Program-made: the position numbers and the translations under genes | The notes under the pieces: model-generated | The model's database searches: none | What the model was told of the DNA's origin: nothing | Seen by the model: the letters and a program-made list of their open reading frames with translations, nothing else | Assembly (NCBI GenBank): GCA_964016885.1 | Contig: OZ024740.1 | Location: 100,874,001 to 100,938,000 of the forward strand | Origin: Eledone cirrhosa | Lineage: Eukaryota | Direction: 5' to 3' | Length of the DNA stretch: 64,000 bases | Part shown: piece after piece, positions 13,716 through 25,046 of the stretch | Numbering within the stretch: position 1 is the stretch's first letter | Layout of the letters: the number at the start of each line of letters is the position of its first letter

Positions 13716-13744
13716 AATAATAATAATTTTAAAAAAATAAAAAA

Positions 13745-14850
13745 ATATGCTACTGATCTCATGCTTGATACCCAGGCAGGACGGACTAAAGAAACTGTTG
13801 CAACTGATGCTGCTAGGCACATAAAATCACTGGCAAAAGCAAAAGGGCAAGGACAATTGGCATCAAATTGGGTGCAGAAACCTCTGCATGGCAAATACAT
13901 GGGCCGTAGCAAACAAGCTGATGTTGACCAAAAGCACACCACTCAGTGGCTAAGTAGTTCAGGGCTAAAGGCAGAGAGTGAAGGCTTCATCTTAGCTGCC
14001 CAAGATCAAAGCTTATTGACTCGTAATTACCAGGCCAATGTGATGAGTACGGAATAAACCCAAAGTGCCGATTCTGCAATGCTGAGGTTGAAACAGTGGA
14101 TCAATTAGTCTCTGTATGTAAAGTTTTAGCACCAGTAGAATACAAATATAGACATGACAGAGTTGGCCAATATCTACACTGGGTAATATGTCGGCATTAC
14201 AAAATCAAAGCTGAAGACAAGTGGTACAATCATCACCCTGAGGCTGTAACTGAAGGAGAAAAAGTAACAATTCTCTAGGACTTTCCTGTACATACTGACA
14301 GGACCATAAAAGCAAATAGACCTGACATCATTATAAAAGATCAACATAACAAGGTCTGTTTGTTGATAGAAATGAGCATCCCATGTGATCATAATATCGC
14401 GGCAAAAGAATTTGACAAGCTACAAAAATAAAAAGATCTGCTTATTGAAATAAAAAAAATGTGGCACCTCAACGCCGTTACAATACCAGTGATTGTGGGA
14501 GGACTGGGGATGATCAAGAAAAGAACAGAACAATATTTACGAATGATTCCTGGTTTGCCCGCTCTGCACGAGGTACAAAAAATTGTTTTGACTGGTACTG
14601 CACATGTATTGAGAAGAGCACAATCTCTATAAGATTGATATCCCTCCTTGTACTTATATATGCATATGCACATGTGTATATATGTATACTGTTTTTTTTT
14701 TTTTTTTTGTTTTTTTTATTATAATCAATGTGCTGTATTAACTGGCTTACCAATGCACACTGTGAATTTATTTGCACTAGGTGTCAGGAAGACACTTGGC
14801 ATATAACTCAGAAACAATAATGAAAGAAAATGAAAATAATAATAATAATA
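13745..14850 (+). mobile_element. R4/Dong-like LINE, 5'-truncated pseudogene (CCHC knuckle plus RLE)
   Basis: KPLHGKY...WLSSSGLKAESEGFILAAQDQSLLTRNY, CRFC..ET..LVS.C, YRHDRVG, NRPDII..IEMSIP; stops and frameshifts; (TAA)n tail. Confidence 0.9.
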
Positions 14851-16786
14851 ATGCTTTCTTTATTAACCACAAGGATTGACACAAAGTGTCTTGCTCAAGG
14901 AAACAACACATCACCCGATCTGAGAATTGAACTCACAACCTTTCGATTGCAAGGCCAATGCTCTAACTATTAAGCCATGTGCCTCTGCGTGTAAAAACAA
15001 AACAAAAACAGAGTGTAACAAAAGGAAACAATGAAAAATTCCCAATAGGGGGGAAATCTCTGAGGGTTGCTTGTGGAGAAAGCCCACAAGAAAAGTCACA
15101 GTTACCCTGACCGCTAGTTTTTCCTCCTACAATGCTACAGGCACACGCTCAAGGTAGACCCATTCACACGGGCCATTCTTGCCTCTTTTACCCACCTTTC
15201 AACAAACTGGCTGGAGGTCAGCACTTCCCTCTCCACTCTGATTTTCCTCTTCAAGTGAAACCTGAAAAAATTAATGAAGGCGTCACCGAAGAGCAAAGTA
15301 CTGGTCTTCAACCCTTTCAAACATGTCCACCATACAATCTTTTTTACCATGGCCACTAGGCAGATAAAAACTGCCTGCCCTTCTCGGCTAAAGGAAGGCG
15401 GTAGGGCAATCTTCACGATGGACTCAGCTGATAGCCGGATCCGTTCTATACGTGACAGCAGGTGTTCGGCATAAACCCACAAATCAGCAATGCTAGGACA
15501 CTGGATGAGTGCATGCAGGATGGTTTCATCGCCCTGTGTGCATCTCGGACAGGTTCGGCTGACAGCACTTCCATGCCTGTAGAGTCTATCTCGAACTGGC
15601 AAGGCTCTTCGGTAGCAGTGCCAGGCCAGGGATTTCTGGAAGTTGTCCATGGGCCCCGGCCCAAAAGTTCTCCCAAAGAGATTGGCTAGTTGGTTGTCAT
15701 CGACGCCTTGAGTCTCCCGAAGGACGTCGTTGCTCTTTCCTTCCACTAATCCTCTATAGAAAGCCAAGGTGGAGTTTCCAGCGATTGTATTGCTCGACTG
15801 GTCGAGGGCTGTAAGCGCCTGAAGACATTCTAGTCTCCAAGCGCTTCCGCTTGGTCTTCGCTTGACTCAGGACTGCAGCTCCGCCAAGGAGACAAGCTGG
15901 GGAAACATGCGTCTAGTAAAGGGCGACCACACCTGATCACCATCGAGGAAGAGGTGGAGATGCCGTAGCCTGAGTGCATGTCTGCACATCATCAGCCATG
16001 GCAAGCCCAGCCCTCCGCGTAGTGGGTGTTGACAGCAGATGGACCGCCTGACCATAGGAATACTTCCCTTCCACAAAAAGCGAAAGAGCAAATGCTCCAG
16101 TGCAGTCAGGTGAGGCTTAGACAAGGCACGACGGTCAGGCGGTAGTAGATGATGAACGTGATGTACGCATTCACCACCTCCACTCGACCTTTCAGGGATA
16201 GCTTCCTGTCGGCCCATTTCTGGGTGAGAGAAGCCACCTTGCTCATGAACTCCTCCCAGTTTTTGTCCGTCTGGAGGTCTGGACCGAAACAGACGCCTAG
16301 CAATTTAACCGGTCCGTCCGTCCAGCGCCCGACGACGCTGTTGGGCAACATAGACCTGCCTCTCCAGGTGCTGAGTTGCAGGCCTACTGATTTTTCCTGG
16401 TTGATCATTGCTGCTGTCACTACCTTGTATTCTCTTAGTGTGGTGCCAATTGTCTCGATGTGTTTGGTGTTCGACACCACTGCGGTGATGTCGTCTGAAT
16501 AAGCTGACACTATTCTTCTGCATCCTAGTTCACGTGGGATCCCCCTCAATGTCTCCAGTTTGTGCAGTAATGGCTCAAGAGTCAATACGTACAACAAGGA
16601 TAAGAGAGGACATCCCTGCCAGATCGAGCGCATGATGTTAAACGGTTCCGAAAGGTGACCATTCACTCTCACCACAGAGCAGATGTCGCTGTGCATGGCA
16701 GCAATCCAGCCTCTGAAGACAGGCCCAAAGCCAGCTGCTCTTAAGACTGCTGCCAGATAACGATGGTCGACCCTATCAAAAGGTTT

Positions 16787-16789
<3 letters not shown>
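14851..16789 (-). mobile_element. Tx1-clade (L1-like) LINE, 5'-truncated and disrupted: reverse transcriptase plus C-terminal zinc finger
   Basis: SKPFDRVDH, QGCPL, YSDD (YADD), VKLLGV, LSLKGR, FLWKG..GGLG, CPRC..ETILHALIQC across ORFs 16106-16789, 15867-16217 and 15135-15767; ends aataaagaaagc(ATT)n. Confidence 0.9.
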
Positions 16790-16839
<50 letters not shown>

Positions 16840-16841
<2 letters not shown>

Positions 16842-18321
16842 CTCCACATAAACAACTTGTTACTGTGCGAACAGAAAGATTGCCAAAAGAAGTCCCGTGG
16901 TACAAAAGTCCAGTTACTTATTGACAAGATGGTAATGAGGATTGCAAGAGGAGACACACTGGTCTTGCCATGGGATGGATAGATTACAAAAAGGCATTCG
17001 AGATGGTACCTCATTCTTGGATAACCAAAAGCCTAGAGATCTTAAAGGTGGCAGATAACATCAGACAGTTGTTGAGCAAAAGTATGAAGTCCTGGGAAAC
17101 AGAGTTAACATTGGGTGGAGAATCCTTGGGAGGCGTGGAGATCAAGAGAGATATCTTCCAGGGAGATAGTTTGTCCCCTCTGCTATTTGTCCTTGCCCTG
17201 ATACCCCTGACTGTTATATTGCGAAAAGTGAGAGCAGGTTACAAGTTGGGAAAAGAAGAGCTTACCATCAACCACCTCCTCTTCATGGACGATCTTAAAC
17301 TCTTTGGGAAGAGTGAGAAGGAGTTGGATGTACTTGTTGACACTGTCCGTATTTTCAGCAATGATATATGTATGCAATTTGGTGTTAATAAGTGTGGAGT
17401 CCAATGATGAAGAGGGGTAAAATGAGCAGAAGCAACAGAATCCAGGTACCAACAGGTGAGATGATAAAGGAAATTGACACTGAAGAGGGATACAAATATT
17501 TAGGTGTCCTGGAGGCAGATGACATCAATAACAAAAAAATGAAGGAATTGATAAGATCTCAGGCACATAAGGAGAGCAAGAAGCATATTAAAATCACATC
17601 TAAATAGTAGGAATGTCATAGTGAAACACCATATTTACAAGGAGGAGGCTAGCTCACTGTGTAGGATCTATGGAGAGAGAGAGGAGACTGTGGCTCACAT
17701 TGTATCCGAGTGTAGACACCTAGCCCAGACTCACGATAAAGGCTGGAGACATGATGTGATAGGCAGGGTGATCCACTGGCATCTATGCAAAGTAAACAAT
17801 TTACCACATTCTGAGAAGTGGTATGAGCATAAGCCAGAGTCGGTGATAGAAAGCGATCAGGTGAAGGTGCTATGGGATTTTAGGATACAGACGGACAAGA
17901 AACTGGAACACAATAGGCCTGACCTGGTGGTTTTGGACAAGGAAAAAAGATTGTGCCTGATTGTAGATGTAACCTGCCCATTTGACACGAGAGTGCAAGA
18001 AAAAGAGAGGGAGAAAATTAACCGATACCAGGACTTAAAGTGGGAGTTAAAAAGGATTTGGAACTGCCATGAAGTTAGAGTCGTCCCGATTGTCATAGGT
18101 GCACTAGGTACTATCTCAAAGAGTTTCCAAGGATGGTTAAAGAAGATTAGTCCAGCCCCGCTTTTTGGAACACTTCCAAAAGCATGCTTGCTGGTAACAG
18201 CAAGAACCCTCCGATACGTCCTGTATATCTGAGGCTGCAGGTAACAGCTTGATATTCATTTCAACAAACTTTCCAGTTAAATAACATCAATGACTGAGAC
18301 TCAAAGAATAATAATAATAAT
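16840..18321 (+). mobile_element. R4/Dong-like LINE with RT and RLE domains, internally deleted near 17620
   Basis: WIDYKKAF..VPHSW, IFQGDSLSPLLF, HLLFMDDLKL, YKYLG; then CR...ETVAHIVSEC, RHD, NRPDLVV, RYQDL; flanked by (TAA)n. Confidence 0.92.
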
Positions 18322-18323
18322 AC

Positions 18324-18513
18324 TAATTGTTTCTACTTTAGGCACAAGGCCATCAATTACCCAGTGCATTACTGGTACTTTCTTTTATCGACCCCCATAA
18401 GGATGAAAGGCAAAGTTAACCTCGGCAGGATTTGAACTCAGAATGGCAAGGGCCGTAACTCCATGCGTCAAAGCATGATGTCCGACCCTCTACCAATACT
18501 GCCAATCCACCAA
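18324..18513 (-). mobile_element. SINE family A
   Basis: Reverse complement of 24854-25046. Confidence 0.85.
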
Positions 18514-18544
18514 TAATAACAATAATAATAATAATGATGATGAT

Positions 18545-18868
18545 TTCATTTATTGGCCACAAGGGCCGACATGTAGGGGACAATACAAAGACAGGGAGAG
18601 TGGGGGTCTACAATAAGGTCGAGTAAAAGTGCACAATGGCAAGACTAATTTAACAATGAAGATATAAAAATATATAAAATAAACTATGCATAAATATAAC
18701 AAAATTAATTCCTCAATAGGGGGGTGGCCGACCCGGTGGTGACTAAGGTACCCCACCAATCCTGAACCACCCTGCGCTTCGAGGGCACCTGGGGAGAGCA
18801 TCCCTCTCCTCATCAAATTAGCCAGCCTATAGGCACATGGTCAGTTTAGGCCCACTCACACGGACCAA
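18545..18868 (-). mobile_element. Tx1-like LINE 3' end (second subfamily)
   Basis: Minus strand gtccgtgtgagtgggcct...gtgcctatag resembles the ARVNGPTLSMCL-stop end; terminus ggcccttgtggccaataaatgaaat. Confidence 0.6.
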
Positions 18869-18885
18869 TAATAATAATAATATTA

Positions 18886-19200
18886 ATAATTGTTTCTACT
18901 GTTGGCACAAGGCCAGCAACTACCCAGTGTATTACTGGTACTTTATTTTATCGACCCTGTAAGGATGAAAGGCAAAGTTAACCTCGGCGGGATTTTAACT
19001 CAGAATGGCAAGGGCAGTAACTCTATACGTCAAAGCATGGCATCCGACCCTCTACCGATACTGCCAATCCCCCACCTAATAATATTAACAATAGTAATAA
19101 TTATTTCTACTTTTGGCACAAGGCCAGCAATTATCCCAGTGCATTACTGGTACTTTATTTCATCGACCCTGTAAAGTACCAGTAATGCACTGGGATAATT
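18886..19200 (-). mobile_element. Two SINE family A copies, the second truncated with an internal inversion
   Basis: Consensus match; hairpin at 19129-19200. Confidence 0.8.
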
Positions 19201-19222
19201 AATAATAGTAATAATAATAATA

Positions 19223-19900
19223 ATTTCTTTGTTGGCCACATGGGCCTACATATAGAGGACAATACAATATATGGGGACAGTGGGGGCTTACACAAAACAT
19301 TGAAATAGAAATATGTATGAAAACAATATGTATAAAAACAATAACAATTAACAAAGGAAATACAATAATGAACATTTTTCAATAGTTGGGGAGAACTACC
19401 CAGCAGCGGCTCAGTTACACCATGATACTCCAGAACCACCTGATGCTTCAAGAGCACCCGGGAAGGGCATCTTCTCTCCTCCTCAAATTAACTGATTTAC
19501 AGACACATGCTCAGAGTAGGCCTATTCACACATGGGCCATTCTCGCCACATTCACCCACCTTTTAGTAAATGTACTGCAGCACTTCTCTCCCCACCCTCA
19601 CCTTCCTTTTCACATGAAACTTGAAAAATTTGATGAGGGATTGGCTAAAGAGAAAAGTGTCTTTCTTCAGTCCTTTCGACCTTGTCCACCACACAACCTC
19701 TTTCACTACTGTTACCAAACAGAGGAAAACTGCCTGCACTTCCCAGCCAAGAGAGTTTATCTCAAACTGGCAGTGGCCACTGGTAGCACTGCCAAGCGAG
19801 GGATTTCTGGAACTTATTTATAGTCCCTGGCTCAAAAGTCCTCTGGAACAGACTGGTTAATTAGATTTTGTCAACATCCAGAGACCCTTTGAGTGATTCG
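19223..19900 (-). mobile_element. Diverged Tx1-like LINE 3' part (third subfamily)
   Basis: Nucleotide similarity to 15135-15720 (aaattttcaagtttcatgtgaaaagg, gcagttttcctctg); terminus ggcccatgtggccaacaagaaatt. Confidence 0.7.
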
Positions 19901-20176
19901 TCAATAATTGTTCCTTGATTTTCCACAGATATTGGATGAGGGGACATAACATGGACCAAATACAAAATTAGTGAGTGATTTATATATTTAATTATATCAA
20001 CAGGGATGTAAATAACCACAGTATAAAAGATGAAATGAAACATCCCAGGCACATAAAACCTGTATTCAATCAGAAAACTGGACAGATCCCGAACTACTCT
20101 TACTGCTGTATACAAATGCCTTACCCCATCTATGATTTCTGGAATAGAGCTCTCCATAATATTTGTAATCATTATT

Positions 20177-20537
20177 TGGCAGTATCGGTAGAGGGTCAGA
20201 TGCCATGCTTTGACGCATAGAGTTACGGCCCTTGCGATTCTGACTTCAAATCCCGCCAAGTTTAACTTTGCCTTTCATCCTTACGGGGTTGATAAAATAA
20301 AGTACCAGTAATGTACTGGATAATTGTTGGCCTTGTGCCAAAAGTAGAAACAATTATTAAAGTTGTTAAGAGTCGGACACCATGCTTTGCAGCATAGAGT
20401 TACGGTCCTTTATGGTTTGAGTTCAAATCCTGCCGAGGTTAACTTTGCCTTTCATCCTAACGGGGTCGATAAAATAAAGTACCAGTAATGCACTGGGATA
20501 ATTGGTGGCTTTGTGCCAAAAGTAGAAACAATTATTA
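20177..20537 (+). mobile_element. Two tandem SINE family A copies
   Basis: Consensus match; approximate duplication atta(a/t)agttgttaa around the second copy. Confidence 0.85.
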
Positions 20538-20875
20538 TAGTTGTTAATGTTGTTGTTATTTAGCTTCAGGTCAGTCCCAATGGGAATGACCTATAATCAA
20601 AGGTGTTTCTTTTGTATTTGTATGGCAAAGTTGTCCAATGTATCCTTTATGTGATTTTAGGAAGTTTTTTGTTACTATTTCTAGTGGATCAAGCTATGTA
20701 ATACTTACTGATGTAATGTTTTAATAAATTTTGCGAAATACGAGAAAACACCACAACCATCATCATCATCATTTTACATCCATTTTTCCAAGCATATAAA
20801 CCATCGATATATTTAAATTACTATGTATTTACTGGCTGATCTGCTTGTCTGCTTGTATGTCTATCGATCTATTTC

Positions 20876-20941
<66 letters not shown>

Positions 20942-20949
20942 TATATATC

Positions 20950-21334
20950 ATCTTCATGATCATGATCACCGTTTTACGTCTGTTCTTCCACGCTACCATG
21001 GGTTAGACGTTTTTGGGCAGTGTCCAGTCCACTGGCCTTGTCTTGCTCATACGGAAACTGATTCTGGGTTGATTTCTACAGCAGGATGCCCTTCCTAACA
21101 CCAACCTCATTTACAGTGAGTGCTGGGTGCTTTTTTGCCGTGGCACCTCCACAACCATTTTGCAGTGGAATGATAGGGACCCCAGTCCTATCATCTCATT
21201 TCTACAGCTGAGTAAACTGGAGCAATGTGAAATAAAGTGTCTTTCTCGAGGAAACAACACATCACCCGGTCTGAGAATTGAACTCGCAACCTTTCGATTG
21301 CAAGCCCAATGCTCTAACCACTAAGCCATGCGCC
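20950..21334 (-). mobile_element. SINE family B, variant tail
   Basis: Head and core as 8812-9070; tail matches the RTE subfamily end at 51340-51473. Confidence 0.85.
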
Positions 21335-21429
21335 TTATATATATACACATATATCATCATCACTATTTTATATTCATTCTTCTACACTAGCATGGGTTAG
21401 ATAAGAATATATATATATACATATATATA

Positions 21430-21603
21430 AGCAAGAAAGTAAGTGTTGGTAAAATCCAGTACTTCAGTATGCGGATAGGAAGCACTCAACGAAGATATAA
21501 GTTCCGGAGTTATTATAGAGACGAAACATAAGTCAATTGCACGAACTCATAATCCTTTATAAATAAAGGATGAGTTCATGCAATTGACTTATGTTTCGTC
21601 ACT

Positions 21604-21606
<3 letters not shown>
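21430..21606. mobile_element. (TA)n-flanked fold-back element with the 3' half of a hammerhead-like motif
   Basis: Arms ~21514-21559 and 21563-21606; GACGAAAC-ATAA-GTC present, CUGANGA half absent. Confidence 0.45.
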
Positions 21607-21652
<46 letters not shown>

Positions 21653-21653
<1 letters not shown>

Positions 21654-21820
21654 TCTTCTTCTTCTCCCATGTATTCCTGAGAGAGTCATTGAGGCAGAGT
21701 CCTCAATCACGCTTTCCAGCGGGTCTTATCAGAGGCAACCATCTGCAACTGATCTAGCTAGATCCTCAAGCATGAACAGTCAAGCTCATGGATGTTATCC
21801 AAGCATCTTGCTCTGTAAAG
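21653..21820 (-). mobile_element. Old RTE (Expander/Rex3-like) 3' end
   Basis: Minus strand LDNIHEL-like coding remnant ending in (GAA)n; related to 28100-28170. Confidence 0.45.
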
Positions 21821-23515
21821 CGGTTTGTGCTAAGAATTTCATCCAGCCATAGAAAGCATGTCAAAATCTGTAATATACAAGAGTGTCTGGAAATGCGTGT
21901 GAAGATTTCATATTTTAAGGGCTAGTGAGCTTACTTATAGCTTAAGTGTGATGGTGTTTGTCTCATAATCATAAGGGTTTTAGTTTGGTTTCTGGAGTTA
22001 TGTTGGGTAGACAGACTATTTGGAAGCCCATTGGATGGATTGTACCTGTAATTCAAAGGAACAAACTTGTCACACACTGCTTCATCTGAATCTCCCTGAG
22101 AATTACGTTATGGGTATATGTGTCTGTGGAATGCTCAGCTAACTTGAATGTTAATTTCATGAGCAGAGAGTTCCATTGACTAAACAAGAGGAACACTCAT
22201 GGTCAAAACTAGCATTGAAATATGAAATAAGACTTCAATTATTGTAACAAGTCGTAAACGTTATTGTATGCACCACCACAAAGAAAGAGACAAGATAGCA
22301 GCATGCTAAATCTTTGTTTTTGAGTTGCGGGGAAGGAATTTAAAACTTTCACATGCATATAGTAACAATTTCTTAAACAATTTCATTGAGAGTTTAAGGC
22401 TTCTCAGCAACCCTCAACCCTTTCAATTCAAGTACCTCAGAGGTAGTGTACTGCCACATGTAGAAATTTCATGGACTCTCAGGTGAGAGCTAGCTAGTGG
22501 TAAATAAGCTGTCCTGTAAATAAATTGATATGATACATATCAAAGGTTCTCTTGCTCTCAGAAGTCATCCCCGATTCTATGATAAAGAGTGTTTGCCTTA
22601 AAGTACACATATTTAAATTTAGATCTTCCATCATAACTCTATGTAAGAAAATGTTAAGTTATGTTTCAAACCCCAGCTTAAAAATGAGAACTTTATTTCA
22701 TTAAAGTTTTCAAAATTCTATATAATTTTAAGAATATTTGAAAATCATAGTCAGTGTTTTTTTTATTAGAAATCTGGTAACAATGTGGGTAAAACATTCT
22801 ATCTATAAATTGAATAGCACATTTTTACAGATGATGTTGGAACAGTTACTGCCTCTCACTTGTATTTTTTATTGTTTTTGCCCTTCTTCTTAAGTAAAAT
22901 AAAGACGAGAAAAAGGAAGTTGTTTTATCTCACAAGGCCTAATGACAGTTACATGAGAGACTGAAGAGAAATTCAATAGACTTAATAGATTTTAGATTGC
23001 CAGGAATATGGCACAATCAACTCCCCAAACCAGTCTTTATTGGTGTGATCATGCTAATAATAGTATCTACAGACACTGTTCTTCAAATTCTTCTAAATAA
23101 ATAGTTTAACATTATTTTGTGTGTGTTTATTTTGAACAACTCATTTCTTCTAATTAGTGTAAATGGGATTTTCTTTCTCTTCACAATATTCTTTTGCCTT
23201 TTTCTTCTTCATTTACTACTTCCACTGATTACCTGTATCTTTACACTTATTACCTTTGCACAATCCCCCCCCCCTCTCCCTCCTTTTCTACTTACTTAGA
23301 TATATATATCTATATATTTATCTATACATATGTGTGCGTTTGTGTATGTTATATCTTTATATATTTCTTTCTGTCTATCTCAGTCTTTCACAATCTTTTT
23401 ATTCCAAGGGTCCCTTTTATTTAAATGAAATTCCCTACAGACTTCAAAGGTATTATTAGGACCCCTAGGTATTATTAGAAGATCCCCCAGACTTCTACAG
23501 AACAGTGGGTGGCAG

Positions 23516-23778
23516 CCTTTCATCCTTACGGGGTCGATAAAATAAAGCACAAGTAATGCACTGGGATAATTGCTGGCCTTGTGCCAAAAGTAGAAACAAT
23601 TATTCTACCATTAGGGTCGGACGCCATGCTTTCCAGCATAGTTACATCCCTTTACGTTTTGAGTTCAAATCCCGCCGAGGTTGACTTTGCCTTTCATCCT
23701 TACCGGGTCGATAAAATAAAGTACCAGTAATGCACTGGGTAATTTGCTGGCCTTATGTCTAAAGTAGAAACAATTATT
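23516..23778 (+). mobile_element. Two tandem 5'-truncated SINE family A copies
   Basis: Consensus match. Confidence 0.85.
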
Positions 23779-23789
23779 TCTATATCTTT

Positions 23790-24135
23790 GGAGGCACATG
23801 GCTTAATGGTTAGAGCATTGGCCTTGCAATCGAAAGGTTGTGAGTTCAATTCTCAGACCAGGTGATGTGTTGTTTCCTTGAGCAAGACACTTTATTCCAC
23901 ATTGCTCCAGTTTACTCAGCTGTAGAAATGAGATGATATGGACTGGGGTCCTTATCATTCCACTGCAAAGTGGTCGTGGAGGCGCCACGGCAAAAAAAGC
24001 ACCCAGCACTCACTGTAAATGAGGTTAGTGTTAGGAAGGGCATCCAGCTGTAGAAATCAAGCCAGAATCAGTTCCCGTCCCACCCTTGCAAGCAGGAAAA
24101 AGCAGACGTAAAATGATGATGATGATGATGGTGAT
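23790..24135 (+). mobile_element. SINE family B, full length
   Basis: Near-identical to 8812-9160. Confidence 0.88.
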
Positions 24136-24853
24136 CTTTATATATTAGTTAGTTCATCTTTCCATATCTCTTTATCTATCTATTTCTTCCTCTGTCCGTC
24201 TATATAATTATCTGCTTACATAACGTTCTGTCTGCTTGCCTAACTACCTATCTACTTTTGTTGTGTATATAATACATTTATATTCTGTCCTGTGATAGAA
24301 AACCTTCACTACATTTTATTTATTTAAAATATCACTTCCAAAGTTATTTTAATGAAATATCTTTATTTTCATTTTCATTTAATTAAACTATTTCATCATT
24401 TATACATACCATTTTAATTTTTGTTAATAAAAAAATATCTGCTTTCAGTCTCTCATCAATAGAAGTCGATTTTAATGTAAATATTTACTAAAATTTTGTT
24501 TTTATTGAACTTACCTTTAGTGCTGAATTTCTAATAGTTTTCTCTCTAAATTCTTTGCTTTTTATTAATTATTATTATTGTTATTATTATTATTATCACC
24601 AATGAATTAATTAATAATCAAAGAATGGTGGATTGACAGAATCTCTGTCTTTTACATTCTGTGTTCAAATTTTACCAAAGTTGACTTTCCCATTCATATT
24701 TTTGTGTTTGATAAAATAGTACCTTTCATGTACTAGGGTTGATATAATTAAAAAAATGTTTGACTGTATCACTGTAAGAAATGCTTATTAAATAATATAT
24801 TAAAGTTTATTATAGCACAATTTGTGTTAACTATTCATTATTTAATTATTTAA

Positions 24854-25046
24854 GGGCGGAGGATTAGCAGTATCGGTAGAGGGTCGGACGCCATGCTTTA
24901 ACGCATAGAGTTACGGCCCTTGCTATTCTGAGTTCAAATCCCGCCGAGGTTAACTTTGCCTTTCATCCTTACGGGGTCGATAAAATAAAGTACCAGTAAT
25001 ACACTGGGTAATTGCTGGCCTTGTGCCAAAAGTAGAAACAATTATT
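24854..25046 (+). mobile_element. SINE family A, full length (tRNA-like head, Meta/MESC-like core, Tx1-like tail)
   Basis: A-box-like start, B box GAGTTCAAATCC; core ttaactttgcctttcatccttacggggtcgataaaataaagtaccag; tail ggccttgtgccaaaagtagaaac; flanking attatttaa duplication. Confidence 0.88.

Noticed and set aside
16106-17014. 302-aa ORF with poly-Tyr
   Set aside because: Chimeric read-through: antisense Dong sequence, (ATT)n, then Tx1 RT
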